A stretch of 64,000 bases of DNA from Mobula birostris (Eukaryota), in assembly GCF_030028105.1 (NCBI RefSeq), contig NC_092379.1, positions 89,887,006 to 89,951,005 on the forward strand, in the 5' to 3' direction. Below are positions 1-13,732 of the stretch, piece after piece. Under the pieces are notes generated by a model. It searched no databases, was not told the DNA's origin, and saw nothing but the letters and a program-made list of their open reading frames with translations. The position numbers were made by a program, and so were the translations under genes. How positions within the stretch are numbered: position 1 is the stretch's first letter; every line of letters begins with the position of its first letter.

Positions 1-1883
1 ATTTTCTTCATTATGGCCTCCCGAAGTAGATGCATAGTGATCAGGGATGGGTCTTCGAGAGCAGGCTTATCCATGAATTACTGGATATGCTTGGTGTGGA
101 GAAATCCAGGACCACACCCTACTGCCCACAGGGTGATTCTCAGCCCAAGAGGTTTAACCAGACCCTGCTGGACATGCTTGGGACTCTGGAGATCAGTCAG
201 AAGATTAAGTGGAGTCAGCACATCAGACATTTGGTTCACTGTTACAACTGTACCCGCAATGATGCTACAGGGTACTCGCCTTATTATCTGATGTTCGGGC
301 AGGAAGCAAGGCTGCCCATTGACCTTTGTTTTGGGACTGAAGCAAGTGAATAACCTTCGAAGCCCTATCTGAAGTATGTGTCTGATATGAGGAGGAAGTT
401 GAAAAGGGCATACAAGTTGGCTGAGGCAGCGGCCACCAAGCAGAATCAAAGGAATACGAGGAGGTATGATCAGAAAGTGAAGTTCACCCAACTTATGCCG
501 GGAGGCCGGGTCCTTATACGGATGTAGGACTACCTGGTAAACACAAATTGGTGGATCGCTGGGCGGCCACCCCCATGTGGTAGAGAGCCAGATGCAGAAC
601 CTACCTGTTTACTGGGTGAGACCAGAGAATGGGAATGGGCTTGTCAAGGTTCTTCATCGCAACCATCTGTTGCCCCAGGACAGGAGGTGCAGGTGGACCC
701 AGCGCCCGATGTGGAGCCTGTGCCTCGTACAAGGATCTTACGGAGCCACAGGGTGACAAGAGAACCCACTTCGGGGAAGGCTGAACTGTGCCCGGCCCCG
801 AAGAAGTATACTCATTTGGAAGATGATGATTCGGATGTGTGGTACCTGCTTCCGTTCGGTACCGGAAGAAGAGGCTCCTGACCCTTCCCCCACTGAGTTA
901 AGTGAGAGGAGGGAGAGCGTTGGGGGGCAGCCTGGGATACAGCCGGCCTTGGAAGGAGAGAGGGTGGAACTAGAACCAGAGACAGAGGGCTCCGAGTTGC
1001 TGAGGGGTCCCAGTGAGGGAGCGAGTGAGGGTTCGACAGGGAGATCTGGGGTGTCTCCAGTGGTGTCTCAGCCAGAAGGGTCGCCAGAGGGGGTACAGAG
1101 GTCTCAGAGAAGCAGGAACCTCCCCAGAGAGGGTGACCTATGTAGCGTGAGGAGAACAGGGTGTGATCTCTACCGTCCTGGGAAGTTATGTCACTGCTTT
1201 ATGCACCTGGGTTGGGTTTTGTGTTTTGCAAGGAGGAGTGATGAACTGCTTTAATGTCATGAGGACATTACTTTATTTGGTGGGGGGAAGAGTGTAACTG
1301 GGTCTTGGTTACACTGGCTGCTGAGGTGTCTAAAATGGCTTTTCTGTAATAACAAATGCGATGTAAGGAGTTCTCTCTCTCCCTGCTTGTTTAGGTTATA
1401 TTATTGATAAGGAGGGGAACAAACCAATGAGTGTCAATGATATTCTTTTTGTAGGTGATATTTTGTCTCATATGGCTGGGGACAGTGTGGTTTGGTGGGT
1501 TTTTCGGGCGGAGAAGACGGAGGAAGGTCGCATTCGGAGGCGCTCTGGTCGGCCACCCGAGGAGTGGTCCCGTGCGGGTCGTCGGAGGCAGAGGGTCGAG
1601 GTTCTGCGGGATATTGAGCTCCAACAAAACCTGAAGTGCACTGACTTTTAAAACTGTATTCGAACTTTGGCGCCTTTCTTTGTTTTATTCTTTTAGAGTG
1701 TATTCTTTGTTAACCGATATTCGCAGTAAGATTTATAAAGTGTACGTATTTAACCACTTAGGGTGTTCTGTTTGATCTGTGAACTGGGCATTTACGCAGC
1801 CTCCACATAAACTGGCTTACGTAGTTGGCTGGTTGCGGGGTTTCTCTAGACACTAAGGAGCAGGGTTTGTCTATAGCCTTACA
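1..1883 (+). mobile_element. Ty3/Gypsy LTR retrotransposon, 3' part (decayed integrase, PPT, 3' LTR)
   Basis: Integrase core HSDQG..FES...KSRTTPY.PQGD...RFNQTLL (30-353) followed by a stop and frameshifts. Polypurine tract ggtggggggaagag (1279-1292) precedes TGTAAC at 1293; LTR end inferred at TTACA 1883. Confidence 0.88.
1293..1883 (+). repeat. 3' LTR of Gypsy element 1
   Basis: TGTAA...TTACA termini. Starts directly after the PPT and ends where MITE sequence resumes. Confidence 0.7.
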
Positions 1884-2470
1884 TACAGTACTATTAGTTT
1901 CTAATGGATAGTGACAGAGGAATGCATCCTGTGCCTGGTGTGGTTTTCTTTTGACTGTAAATGAACAACAATCAGTGCGGACGCCTAGTGCAGATAATGG
2001 GCTGCCATCATTGCCTTCCTGCGTGAAATAGTGTCATAATCCAACAATAAATAAGTGGTGTTAGAATAGTTTTTAATTTAGTCCAATTGGGTAATTTTTT
2101 CACCTAGTAGCAAATCATTTTGTGGCACCTTGTCAAGGGTTTGAAATTTTTAAAAGTCAAGATAAAATGATCAAAAATCACTGCTTTTTTTTTTGAATCG
2201 GCGTCCATCAGTCCAAATAGATAACATAACACAAATGCATGCAACTGACGCTACTTAAAAAAAAAATGTTCGCTGTAAGCATGATGTAGTGTCTAATGTC
2301 CACGTAAGTGCACACGTCTGACAGTAGTTAAAAACTTAAGTCTCCTGTCCCAATTAAGTGGCATAGTATCCCAAATAAATGAAGGGCATCCCAGCTAATC
2401 TGGATTAGATTTTGTTCTTTGAGAGTTGTCCCAGAAAAAAAGTGGCTGGCCCAATTAATCAGAATCCACT
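1884..2470 (+). mobile_element. pogo/Tigger-like MITE, right part
   Basis: Ends cccaattaatcagaatccact, the reverse complement of the left TIR CAGTGGATTCTGGTTAATT at 4822; interior matches the other copies. Confidence 0.7.
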
Positions 2471-4099
2471 TACTTTGAAGAGGCATTGATCAGGACCACA
2501 GGATTGCTGCACTGCCCTTCAGACAATGACTTTGTATCTTTATGCCTGCCAAGGTGCTGACAGGTTGCTTTTCAGGAGGTGGACCTCTAGCAGTGATTAA
2601 ATTATGAAGTGTGACAAGTTTGTATTATTTGAAAAGGGCAGTTATACCCAGCAGTACCCTGAATTTTACTTAAAGCAAATACTATATCTTAGTAAGGCAG
2701 TGTTCAGTTTTTAGTTGCATTTACAGGTATCACTCCAGCTGTTTGTGAGTGTATTGTGACTTGGATCAAGCTGAGGATTGTTTAGCAGTAAATCACTTCT
2801 GCATGAGCTTTTTCTGCTTGGTATTCTGTTAAGTGTAAGTTGATATTTTGGGCCATTTTCATGATTCTATAGCCTGTAGGTCATGTTTATTGCAAATTTA
2901 CAGTTAAGTTAATAAAATGTTTTGCGATAAATGTTACTCATCAACAAAATGCTGAAGTCACAATTCTGAATTTTTTTTTCAGAGGTATTGTGTCAGTTTT
3001 AACTTTTAAGATTTCGTGTTACAGTATACTTTTTAGTCTGTCAACCATGTTCTTAAAAATCCAAGAGCAAAATCATTAAGACCTTTGTGGGTAATATTTG
3101 CATTATTTGTTTAATCTGTCAGATGGTAGGTTTTTAAAAAATACTATTGCACTTGTGTGGGCAAATTTTGCTGACTATACATATTTGATGAGATTAAATC
3201 TGTATTACACCATTAAGAATATTGTCCTAATTTAGCAGAAAATCTCACTTTAATGTATCCTTAACTGTATTTTTCATGTTTGGTGTTTAAATATGAATGA
3301 GGTTTGTGAATTATCACCAAAGCCAGTTTGCATATGTTCTTATCCACCCTATAACTTTGCAACTGACTTTGTCAGAAGTACGCCTGGTCCTCCTCCTTTA
3401 ATCCCAATTTGAATGTTCAGTTCTAGAACCTTTCTTCATCTTAATATTGAAACGCGAGGTTTTAAAATTTGATTGAGGGATTTCTAGTTTTGGGTGATTA
3501 GAACAGTGAGCAAAAACATATGAAGTCATTCCTGTTAAAGTTTGCCTCGTGTTTTGCACATATACAGTATATTTAAATAGCCAGACCAACAGAGTGTTTT
3601 AGTTGAATGTTTTCAGTAAAACAATTAAGAATGAATATGTTGAGGTTAACATTTTGTTAGAAATGTCAAAAAAGTGGTTTTTGAAGTTTTTAATATTTTG
3701 GACATTTACACTTGCATAATGGAAATGACTTTATGGATTGTGTTTCTGTATTCGGGGGAAGAGAACTGTGGAAATACGATTCTCTGTGAATAGAATTTAA
3801 CAAAACATTTTAAGGACCCAAAAGCAGCATTCATCAATGGAAGACCTAAAGATGTATAGTTAGGCTTGCTTCTGAAGCCTTTTTATACAAGCAATTTTTA
3901 AAAAGAATTTACTGTTGGTATTTAGTGTATTTTTAAAAAGAAACCAGATTTTTACTGTAGCTTAAGGGGAAATTGTAATGTTAAACTTTTAAATTGTATC
4001 GTATCTTGAATATCACACTTAGTTTAACAGTAACAGAACTGTTTATGTTAAAGTTCAAAGTAAATTTATTATCAATGTACACAGGGCATCATATTATTT

Positions 4100-4300
4100 A
4101 TTGAGATTGAGCGCAGAATAGGCCCTTCTGACCATTTGAGCCGTGCTGCCTAGCAGTCCTCTGATTTCATTCCAGCCTAATCACAGGACAATTTACAATG
4201 ACCATTTAATCTTCCAATCGGTGAGGCTTTGGACTGGGAGGAAACCAGAGCACCCGCAGGAAACCCACGCGGTCATAGGAAGAACATACAAAGTTCCTTG
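4100..4300 (-). mobile_element. V-SINE (HE1-like) fragment
   Basis: ttggactgggaggaaaccagagcacccgcaggaaacccacg is the reverse complement of the V-SINE central domain; similar pieces at ~13570-13710 and ~40590-40760. Confidence 0.6.
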
Positions 4301-4821
4301 TCAATAGTGGCGGGAATATACAATCCTGAGATTTATTTTCTTGTGGGCATACACAATAAACCCAAGAAGCACAATAGACACTGTGAAAGACCATGCCCAA
4401 CAGGATGGCCAAACAACCAATGAGCAAACTCCAAATAAAAAAAAAAGTGGCAGGATGGAATGCCGTGATACAGACTCGTACATGTTGTTATCCTGATTAT
4501 CCCAATATAAATTTTGAAATGGAGTTCACCGTTTATCTACATTTTACACATGACAGAGAAAGGAGCACATCTGATCTGTTGTATCTTCAATGACTTGAGA
4601 AAATTTTAACCATAAACAGGATAGGCAACTTTATAGAATTGAATATATTTGCCAATTAAAGTTTGCAGCCAAAGCACTTGGTTGATGGTGGTGTTGCATT
4701 GTTTAGAATGTTGTACCAGGATGGAATTTGGGTAGTTCAACTGTATTAGTCAATCTATATAGTAATGATTCTAATAAAGTATGGTAGAAAAAGTTAAAAG
4801 TAATCATGTAATTTGGATATA

Positions 4822-5255
4822 CAGTGGATTCTGGTTAATTAGGACCAGTACATTTTGGCTCAGTTAATTGGTTGCCCCAATAAGATGGTTTCATGGAAAT
4901 AATGGTATAAAAATAGACAAACTACCTTTTTCACTGAGTAGCAAATTATGTACTTAAATGAAATACAGAACAAATTGGAACACTACCAATACCTCTTGCA
5001 GTGCGATAAAACTGTAGGTCATAATAGTTATTGGCAGAGGAATTCATCTTCCATGTTCTTTTGACTGTAAATGAACAAAATCAATGCAGACACCGAGTGC
5101 AGAAATGAACTGTCTTCATACAATGCAATTGTAACATTCAAGATTGTCAACACCTTTAAATTATTCATAATTCCTAACTTAAGTGGTAAAATTGTTTCAT
5201 TTTCACTCCCTGCTGTTTCTGGCATCTTCGAGCCTGAATGTTTGAAACTACAGTG
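4822..5255 (+). mobile_element. pogo/Tigger-like MITE, left part
   Basis: TA|CAGTGGATTCTGGTTAATT terminus; collinear with the copies at 41902 and 51076. Confidence 0.72.
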
Positions 5256-6120
5256 ATGTCGGCGATATTGTTTAACATTGTGGTTGACTGGGTTATGAAG
5301 GAAATAATGAAAGATAAACAGAGTTATTAGGTGGACTCTATTCTCTACTTCAGAAAACTTTGACTTTGTGGGTGACCTTGCATTACTGTCACATCTTCAC
5401 CATGTACAAGAGAAAACTCAGCACCTGTGTACCTTTGGTGGACAGATTGGTCAGTCAGCCAGAGAAAGACTGAGACCATGACCCTCAGTGTAGAGTCTCC
5501 TCTTCCCATCAAGGTATATGGCATCGACTTGCCCAACACTGCAGATTCACCTACTTGGGCAGCGTCATGGTAGAACCAAGGACGACATCCAGTGCAGACT
5601 TGACAAGACTAGAAGTGTCTTCAGATCAATGACTAACGTATGGGCATCAACCAAGTACAGCGTTCATACCAAGGTGAAGCTGTACCAGAGCTGTGTTCTA
5701 TCCACAGTCTTGTACGGGTCAAAATACTGGTACGTGATCATGACCTTGCCAAGCTGTCTTTGTTCCACACCACGAGCCTCCAGAAGAGCCTCTGTATTTT
5801 CTGGCCAAGGAAGATCTCCAATAATGCCCTACTCCTTCAGTGTCATCAAGAGGACATGGCCACAATCACCAGAAGAAATGCTGGAGAGAGATTGGGCACA
5901 CGATGAGAAAGGAGACCAGTTCCATCATCAAGACAGCTTTTCATTGGACCCCTGAAGGGCGGAGGAAATGTAGGAGACCAAAGACAACTTGGCACTGTAC
6001 CACACAGGCAGAGAAGAGGAATCTGAACCATGTCTGGAGCACAATAGAGAAGATGGCCAGGGGTAAACAAATGGAGAGCCTTTGCTGCCCTAAACACCAG
6101 TGATGTAACAGACAATAAGT
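5256..6120 (+). mobile_element. RTE-clade LINE 3' fragment
   Basis: Frameshifted RT C-terminus: TKVKLYQSCVLSTVLYGS, WPRKISN, IGHTMRK, WTPEGRRKCRRPKTTW. Confidence 0.75.
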
Positions 6121-6189
6121 ACATGTGGTAGGCTTCTCAGGAAAGTTGGAACACGTGGGATCACGCTAGCTGTTCAGGAAAGTTGGACT

Positions 6190-6610
6190 GTGCTAGGAGT
6201 TGATGATGTTGGAAGGATGTTTTTCTTATTGAAGGTCCATAATTAGTAATAATCCCCAGAGGTTAGTGCTAAGGGCCATTATTGGCCATTAAGGGCTATA
6301 TCTATCAATAATTCAGATGAAAATGTGTAAGGTACAGTTAAGTTTGACGATGACACTAGGTGTCATACAGTGAAGATGGTTATTAGAAGTTAGAAGGATC
6401 TTGGTTAGCTGGATAAGTGCACTGAGGAATGGCAAATAGATTTTAATTCAGATGGGTGCAAGGTGTTGCATTTTGGGAATACAAATTAAGGTAGGGCTTT
6501 TGCAGTAGTAGTTGTATTGTGGGGAGTGTTTAGAACAAGGACATGGGACAAGCACCTTGTTTCCTGAAAGTGTATGGGGTTGTGAAGAAGGTTATTGACA
6601 TACTGGTCTT
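6190..6610 (+). mobile_element. Degenerate CR1 RT fragment
   Basis: Nucleotide similarity to the CR1 PQGSVLGP/FADD/WQMEFN region of younger copies in this window. Confidence 0.6.
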
Positions 6611-6615
6611 TGTCA

Positions 6616-7760
6616 AAGTTCAAAGTAAAATTTATTATCAGAGTACGTACATGTCATCACATGTGGGTATACTTAGCAAATGTATAGAACAGTAGCTAAA
6701 CTGTAAACTGTGCAAATGCAAATATAAATAAAAATGAGCATGAAATTTTTCTTGAACTTGGTTACGTGAGTCCAGGGGCACTTGTACTTGATGGCATCAG
6801 CGAAAAAAGAACATGACCTGGGAGTTGTGGATCTTTGGATACTGCTTTTCTATGGCAATGTTTCATGCAGATGTGCTCAATAGTTGCGAAGGTTTTACCC
6901 GCGATATACTGGGTTGAATTCACTACCTTGTAGGATTTTCCACTCAAAGGCATTGATGGTCCTATACCAGGTTGTAACGCAGCCAGTCAACACACTTTTC
7001 ACCTCATATCTATAGAAGTTTGCCAAGATTTTAGATGACATGTCGCATCTTCGCAGACTCCTGAAGAAGTGGAGGTGCTGTCATGCTTTACTCACAATTA
7101 TCTTTATATGATGGGTCCAGGACAGGTCCTCTGAGACAGTGACACCCAGGAATTTAAAGTTACTGTCTCTCTCCAGCTCTGATCATCTGATTTACTGGCT
7201 CATTGACCTCTGGTTTCCCCTCTCCTGAAGTCTACAGTCGAGTGAGAGGTGGTTGTTATTACACCACTCAGCCAAGTTTTCAATCTCCCTCCTGTATGCG
7301 TATGGTGTTGGAGCTGTACTTAGCCCCTGCTCCATTCACTTTACACCTATGACTGTGTGGCTAAGTACACATTCCTGTGGTATTCCTGTACTGATAGAGA
7401 TTGTGGAGGAGATGTTTTAGCCAATCCAAACTGACTGGGATCTACAAATGAGGAAATCCAGGATCCAATTACACAAGGTTGTATTGAGGCTCAGGTCTTG
7501 AAGGGGGTGATGGTGTTAAATGCTGAGCTGTAATCATTGAATATTGAAGCAGAGGGGAAGAAGCTATTCCTGAATTGTTGTGTGCCTTCAAGCTTCTGTA
7601 CCTCCTTTGTGATGGTGGCAATGAGAACAGGGAATGTCCTGGGTGATGAGGATCCTTGATAGATAACCCTCCACCCCAATACCTGATGATGATGCAGCCA
7701 GCTAGAATGCTCCCCTTGGTACATCTGTAGAAATTTGCGAGTGAGTGATTGCCAAGTTGG
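6616..7760 (-). mobile_element. Rex1/Babar-like LINE fragments
   Basis: 3' tail aagttcaaagtaaa(a)tttattatc; RT motifs DYSSAFNTI and KDPHHPGHSLFSL; collinear with 15958-17090. Confidence 0.75.
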
Positions 7761-7964
7761 GAAGGTGGGTAATGCAGGAGTCTTCTGTGGTTCTTCATTC
7801 CTCAAGCAAGGGAACCACTTTGCTGTTGAGCTTGGGGTGGCAACTTAGAACTTGACAATAACAGCAGCCAGGTCAGTGGCATCACTGCAAGGACTAATTA
7901 CAAATATTGGACATGGCTGTGTGCTTGGGGAAATCTTGCCTCCCAAGTTAGATTGTTGTTTTTT

Positions 7965-8945
7965 TTTAAAGATTATTGACGAAGGTAGAGTAGTAGATGT
8001 TGTCTATGCGGACTTCAGAAAGGCCTTTGACAAGTTTCCAAGTGGAAGGCTGCCCTGCCCCAGAATGTTGGGCAACATGGAAATTGACCTAGCTAATTTG
8101 ATACAATTAACTTGGTGGAAGGAATTGGAGGGTTGTCCTGGTGATTGTGAAGCCTGTGACCAATAATGTGGTGCATTGATCACTCCTAGGTCCACTGTTG
8201 TTTGTCATATACAGTATATTAGCAATTTGCATAAGAATGTAGTTGGCATGTTTAGTAAGTATGTTGATACCAAAATTGGAGATAGTGAAGAAGGTTAAAA
8301 TTAAACAGAATGTAGATCAACTGGGAAAGTGGGCTAAGGAATGGCAAGATGGAATTTAACTCTGATAATTAAGAAGTGCTGCTTTTTGGAAAATTAAAAC
8401 AGGATTTGTACAGTAAATGGCAATGTGTGGAGAGTATTGAAGAACAGAGACCTGTGGTACATAGTTCCCTGAAAGTGAAGTAGATGATGATGTTTGACAA
8501 GTTTGATTACATTGATCAGGGCATTGAGTTAGGACATAATATAATTGTACAAGACTGCATGGGGTCCTGGTCATTTATTAAACTATGTATGCAATATACA
8601 ACTGAGATCTTCTCTTGAAGGCTTGAGTTAAAAGGTCCGACTGGATGGGCTAGAACTTGTTATCAATAGTATGCAGAAGGCTGACTAGTGACCCTGGAAG
8701 TTCATAAAATCATGGGCATAATGTTTTTCCCAGGATGGAGGTGCTAAAACTGGAGAGTACAGATTGAAGGTGAGTAGGGAAAGATTTCAAGTAATTCTAT
8801 GGGTCAGCTTTTTCAATACAATGTGGTGGGTATGTAGAGGCAGATTCACTCAATGTTAAAAAGGACATTTGAACAGGTACGTGACTTGGGAATGTTCAGA
8901 AGGATATGGGTCAAACCCAGGCAAATGGGGCTAGCTCAGTTGTCA
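7965..8945 (+). mobile_element. Degenerate CR1 3' fragment
   Basis: IDEGRVVDVVYADFRKAFDK motif followed by decayed CR1 3' sequence. Confidence 0.75.
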
Positions 8946-10009
8946 AGAAACCCATGAGATGCACATTATAATTTTTTGAATCTGTTAAAACTGAAAGAAG
9001 TTAATCTCACCCCAATGACAGTACCAATGGACATAGGTTTATTTTTCTTTTTCTGTTTGCAATTATTTTCTTTGCTCTGCAACCACCAATGTTGAATATA
9101 GAGTCAATAAGATGTCCATAGATTAGACTGAAAAATATTGTTTAGCCTAACAGAGTCTTTTTGGGAACATTTGTTTCAGTATTTAATAACATAGTAAACC
9201 TCAAAGCATTTTTATATAAAAATATTGCATATTTCAGAATTCTTTGTTGCTACAGTGAATTAAAAAGACCTATTGTTGAACTCGTACTAATTCAAGTCTA
9301 TTTGAAATAAACATTGTAAAGAAAAGTGAAATACAATAAAACTCAGCTGTTATTGTAATTCATTTGGATTGTAATTGTCATCAAAGATAAAAGGGACCTT
9401 GTGACCAAAGATGGGTTTAAAATATGTTTAGCCCTCTACTAATGGCACTTGACATTTCTATTCCTTTAGATCCTATTGTCTTCCATTCCTTTATTTGATG
9501 TGTTTATTCCATATTTTTTCAATCTTGGAAAAATATTGCTAGCTGGGTTTTCACATGTAAAATTTCAGAATGTAAAATTGAAGTTTTTATTCAAATCAGT
9601 CTGAAGACTGGCAGAGAGCTGTTTGCATTATGAAGGATTAAAGGAGCTTTTTGCTTTCAGGTGCAAGAGAAATTCAATGCTTCTGTATGTAAAGTAGTAC
9701 TGGTGCCTTTTAATGTGTTTGGGCAAATGCAAAATTAGCTTCTATTTGTTCCAGCAGAATTAGAAAACAAAATTCAGTACATGTAAAATCAATAGCAGCT
9801 GCGTGTCAGTGTCCGCAAACACAGTAAGTGCATATTCTTTGCTGGAATTGCCAAGTTCCATTCCCACATCTTGGTGCATTACAAGCATTCATGTGTTGAT
9901 CTCCGAATTGAATTTTAAACTGTGATTCCTTTTGAACAGTATCAAAGCCTGAATTCAAAACCTTTAAATCTGAGAGGTGTTCATAACCAGCAGACCTGAA
10001 AGTCAGGAT

Positions 10010-10500
10010 GAACAATTGTTCCTCCTTCCTCATCATCCTCAACATGGGTGGTGTCAGGACTGAGTGCTGAGCCCTCTGCTGTACATTCTGCTCAAACACA
10101 ACTGCGTGACCAAATACCTAAGTAATCACATTGTCAAGTTTATCAATGACATGACAGTGGTGGGGCTCATCACCGGTTCACAGAGAGGAGGTGGAATAGC
10201 TCAAGGCCTGGTGCCAGGCAAGTTACCACGTCCTTAATGTCAACAAGACAAAAGTGATGGTTATTGACTTCACGAGAAACCACACCACTCATATCCTTTA
10301 CTCCTTAGGAGTGCACAATTCACACAATCTCTCATGCTCCCAGAACACCACCTACACAATTAAGAAAGCTGACCAACACTCTACTTTCGGAGGAGGCTGA
10401 GACTTGGGCCATGCACGTCAATACTCTCAGCCTTCTACAGTTGTGCAGTAGAGAGCATCCTAACATGCTGCATCACAGCATGGTACTGAAACCACACTGA
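10010..10500 (+). mobile_element. Rex1-like LINE fragment
   Basis: Decayed PQGCVLSP/KFADD/LNVNKTK/ESILT region; similar to 59130-59880. Confidence 0.65.
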
Positions 10501-10944
10501 TTATTTAATGTATCCGATAACAGGAAACCTGTGTGGGAGTGTCTTTAAAATGGAAAAGCAATTGCACTGGGTCAGTTCCACTCTATCAACCTTGGAAGCC
10601 CAGGTCCAGTGGGACGAGTAGATGTTACAACTCGGGTCTTCCCTGGTTGCAGTGGGTGACCTTGACTACTTCTGTGCCTCATGATGCACTTTGCTCTCCA
10701 CATAGCATTGTAGAACCGCATTCCTGACCGTTGCATCTCACTGTAGATCTCATCTGCCCAGTCTGCCGGAACTAACTTTGTATGTTCAGGCAGTTATGTT
10801 CCTATTTCAGTGGGGTATGAGACCTGGCAACTATCCTCACTTGGTTTAGCCCACCTGTCGAAGTGGTGTGCCGGGGTGTGGCCTCTGTCACATGCAAACA
10901 GCTGCTTGGAGCTACAGGTGAACACTGAGTGTCTGGGGACCAAA

Positions 10945-11625
10945 AGAAACATTTAAGATGATTCTTGATGCCTTCCAATTCTTTGTAGTTCCTAACTTGT
11001 TAAGGTAATGAAATAGTTTAATTTGCACTCCTGGTCTTTTTGGGCATCTCTATGACTGAATGCTCAAAACTGCAGCGAACAGAAAAGTTCAGAATTGTTG
11101 TACAACCCTGAAAAAGATGGCAGAGTTTGTCGTCGATACGTCGATTATAATCAATACCTGTACCCAGCTGGAAGCCCGAGAAGAGTTCATTTGTCATGTA
11201 TGCTGGGAAAGCATTAGATCCTTTTTGTACAACACACACAAAAGTTGCTGGTGAACACAGCAGGCCGGGCAGCATCTCTAGGAAGAGGTACAGTCGATGT
11301 TTCGGGCTGAGACCCTTCGTTAGTCCTTTTTGTCATTATCTATTTCTCGCCACTATCAGTGCAAAAATCCGCTACTTTTTAAATACAAGCACACATAACT
11401 GGTGCTTTTTAAAAACATTTGCTCTAAGTATAAAGGAGTGTCTAATGGTCAAACAATATGCACATGACTAATGCCAGTTAGAAAATATTCAGCAACAGTC
11501 CCCTGCCCCAATTAAGTAGCATTTTCTCCCAAATAATCAAAGGGAACCCTGGCTATTTTTGTGATTTGTTTTTGTTCTTTAAGAGTTGTCCCAAATAAGC
11601 AGCTGCCCCAATGAATCCATTGAAT
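10945..11625 (+). mobile_element. pogo/Tigger-like MITE right part, interrupted by Penelope-type pieces (~11100-11330)
   Basis: Matches 42270-42530 and 47600-47789; ends gaatccattg (TIR-like). Confidence 0.62.
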
Positions 11626-11659
11626 ATTTAAAAAAAAATTAAGTTGGAGGTTAAAGTAC

Positions 11660-12485
11660 AGATATGGAATAAAATGTGTATAAATAAATACTAGCATTAT
11701 TTACAATGTTAGCAACATTATATAAAAACGTGGTTTAAAGTATTTGCAGTGCAATGATGGGGGTAATAAAAGGGGGGCTAAGTAGAATGGTTGATCAGAT
11801 TAACCATCTTGGGGGGGGGGGAATCATTTAAGATGTGAAGTTTTTGTTTTAATAGCTGTAGAATGTTTTCTCGTAAGGGAACTTTTAAGAAAAGGCAGTT
11901 TTCTGAGTGGGTTGTGTCCTCAATATTTTTTTTCCTGCTTCCTCCTTTGCTCTGGACATATACATGCCCTGCAGTGAAGGTAGACTGCAGTCAAGGACTG
12001 TTCTGCAGACCTGACAGGTAACTGTAGTTTCTGTATGTTGTCAGAGATATTGCTCCATACCAGACAGCAGTGGTTGATATGAGGATGCTCTCTATGATAG
12101 CAGTATAAAATTGCACCAGTATGTTTTGAGGAGGATGAAATTTTACCAACTGCTGCAAGTGCATCCTCTGCCAAGCCTTTTTGTTGATGAAGGAGACATT
12201 TCTCCCACATGAGGTCCTGCGAAATAATGATATGGTGAATCTTGAAATGGTGCTAACTGTAGAGTTGCTAATGCTGAGTGGGCGAAGCAGAGACACATTT
12301 CTCCTGAGGTGCATGTTTTTGAGGGCATTCAGTTCCAAGTTTTTGTGGTTGCACCAGGATGCAAGCTTGTTTACTTCCTGGTGGTACTTGGATTTGTTGC
12401 CTCCGGTGGTTAGGCCAATGACAGTAGTGTCATTTGTAAACTTCATCATTTTTACTGGTGGATCACTAGAGTTGCAGTCATTGAT
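11660..12485 (-). mobile_element. Rex1-like LINE 3' fragment
   Basis: ORF 11991-12539: KFTNDTTVIGL, WCNHKNLELNALK, QFYTAIIESIL. Confidence 0.78.
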
Positions 12486-13732
12486 GTAGAAAGAAAATAA
12501 GAGAAGTAGACAATTTTCTTTATGGGAAAACCTCTTCATTTTTCAGTTTACTTTGAAACCCTACTATTCTTGGGTAGAGAATTTCACAGGTTCGTTTTCC
12601 TCTGGGTAGAGATTTTTTCTCTCTGTTCCGAATAATCCTTTTGTTTGAGATGTTGGTCCTGGACACTAGTTAACACTGAGTCCACACTTTTTTTTTTAAA
12701 AAAAAACCCAGGGGGAAATACTGTATACTTCATTTGTTACCCTCTTATTCTTCTGAACTCTTAAAACATGGACCCATCCTGCTTAATCTCCTGAGCGTGA
12801 CTCATCTTGGGAAGTAATCTAGTGAATTGTTCAGTGCAAAGTTTATTGCTTCTGTGGTGAGAGAGATCAGATAGATGAAATATAACTACATTTTATAATG
12901 GATAATGTGCCATTTGCCTTCCTGATGCATATTAACTCAGTTTCTAGTACAAGGACAACCAGATCCCACTCATTGTCAGCCCCTCTCACCATTTTAAAGA
13001 AAATTTGGCTTCCCTCCTCTGCCCCAGTGAATGACGTTGTATTTGACTAATCAGCTATGTCCTTATTCATTTACTTAACCTGTCAACATGGCTCGCAATC
13101 TCGAATGACTTGCTTCAGTTTTGTTTCTAAGGAATAGAAAGTGCCAGGGCATGAATTCTTTTAACATGGAGTGAATATTACACATTCAGCACCTGTAACA
13201 GTCTTGATAGGACGTGAGTCTTGCAATAACAAGGTGATGCAAGGCTCTTGGAAGCCAGGTTATGCTGCATCCTTATCACATTCTTTCTTGGCATTCCCCC
13301 TTTTCTGCAGCCTTTCTACATCCCGCTCCTTCAGTCTTGCCCAATCTATGTCCTGTTCACTTATTATCTCCCTTCGGAGCTTACATTTGCGCTTCCCCTC
13401 ACATGATACTGGCCCTTTGCCAGCAGAACCCAGTACTCCGTGACCTAAAGAAGGCCATTCATCTCATTTAATTCATGCTAAATTTTATTTCCCTTGCTTA
13501 TATTTCGAGAGCTTGATGTCTGACATTCCTATCAATTCCATCTGGATTCTCCTACCATCCAGCTGTGCTGGATCTAGTTTACAGCAGTCAATGAACCTGG
13601 CAAATGGCATAGTTTTGGGATGTGGGAGGAAATCAGAGCACCAGTGAGAATCTGAAGTCAAAATCTGTATAAACTCCAGGCAGAGGGCAGTGGAGGTCAG
13701 CATTGAACCCCGATTACTTTTGCACTGCTTTC

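Noticed and set aside
687-1651. ORFs 687-881, 823-1254 and 1427-1651 as env or novel genes
   Set aside because: They are frameshifted low-complexity pol tail or LTR sequence, with no signal peptide or convincing env motifs.
10520-10940. GC-richer block, possibly a LINE 5' UTR or structured ncRNA
   Set aside because: Single copy in the window with no diagnostic motif; cannot be assigned without a database search.
4822-11625. MITE left half (4822) and right half (10945-11625) as one element split by 6 kb of nested inserts
   Set aside because: The two pieces overlap by more than 100 bp of internal sequence (ggcatct...ctgaatg) and are diverged, so they are separate copies.
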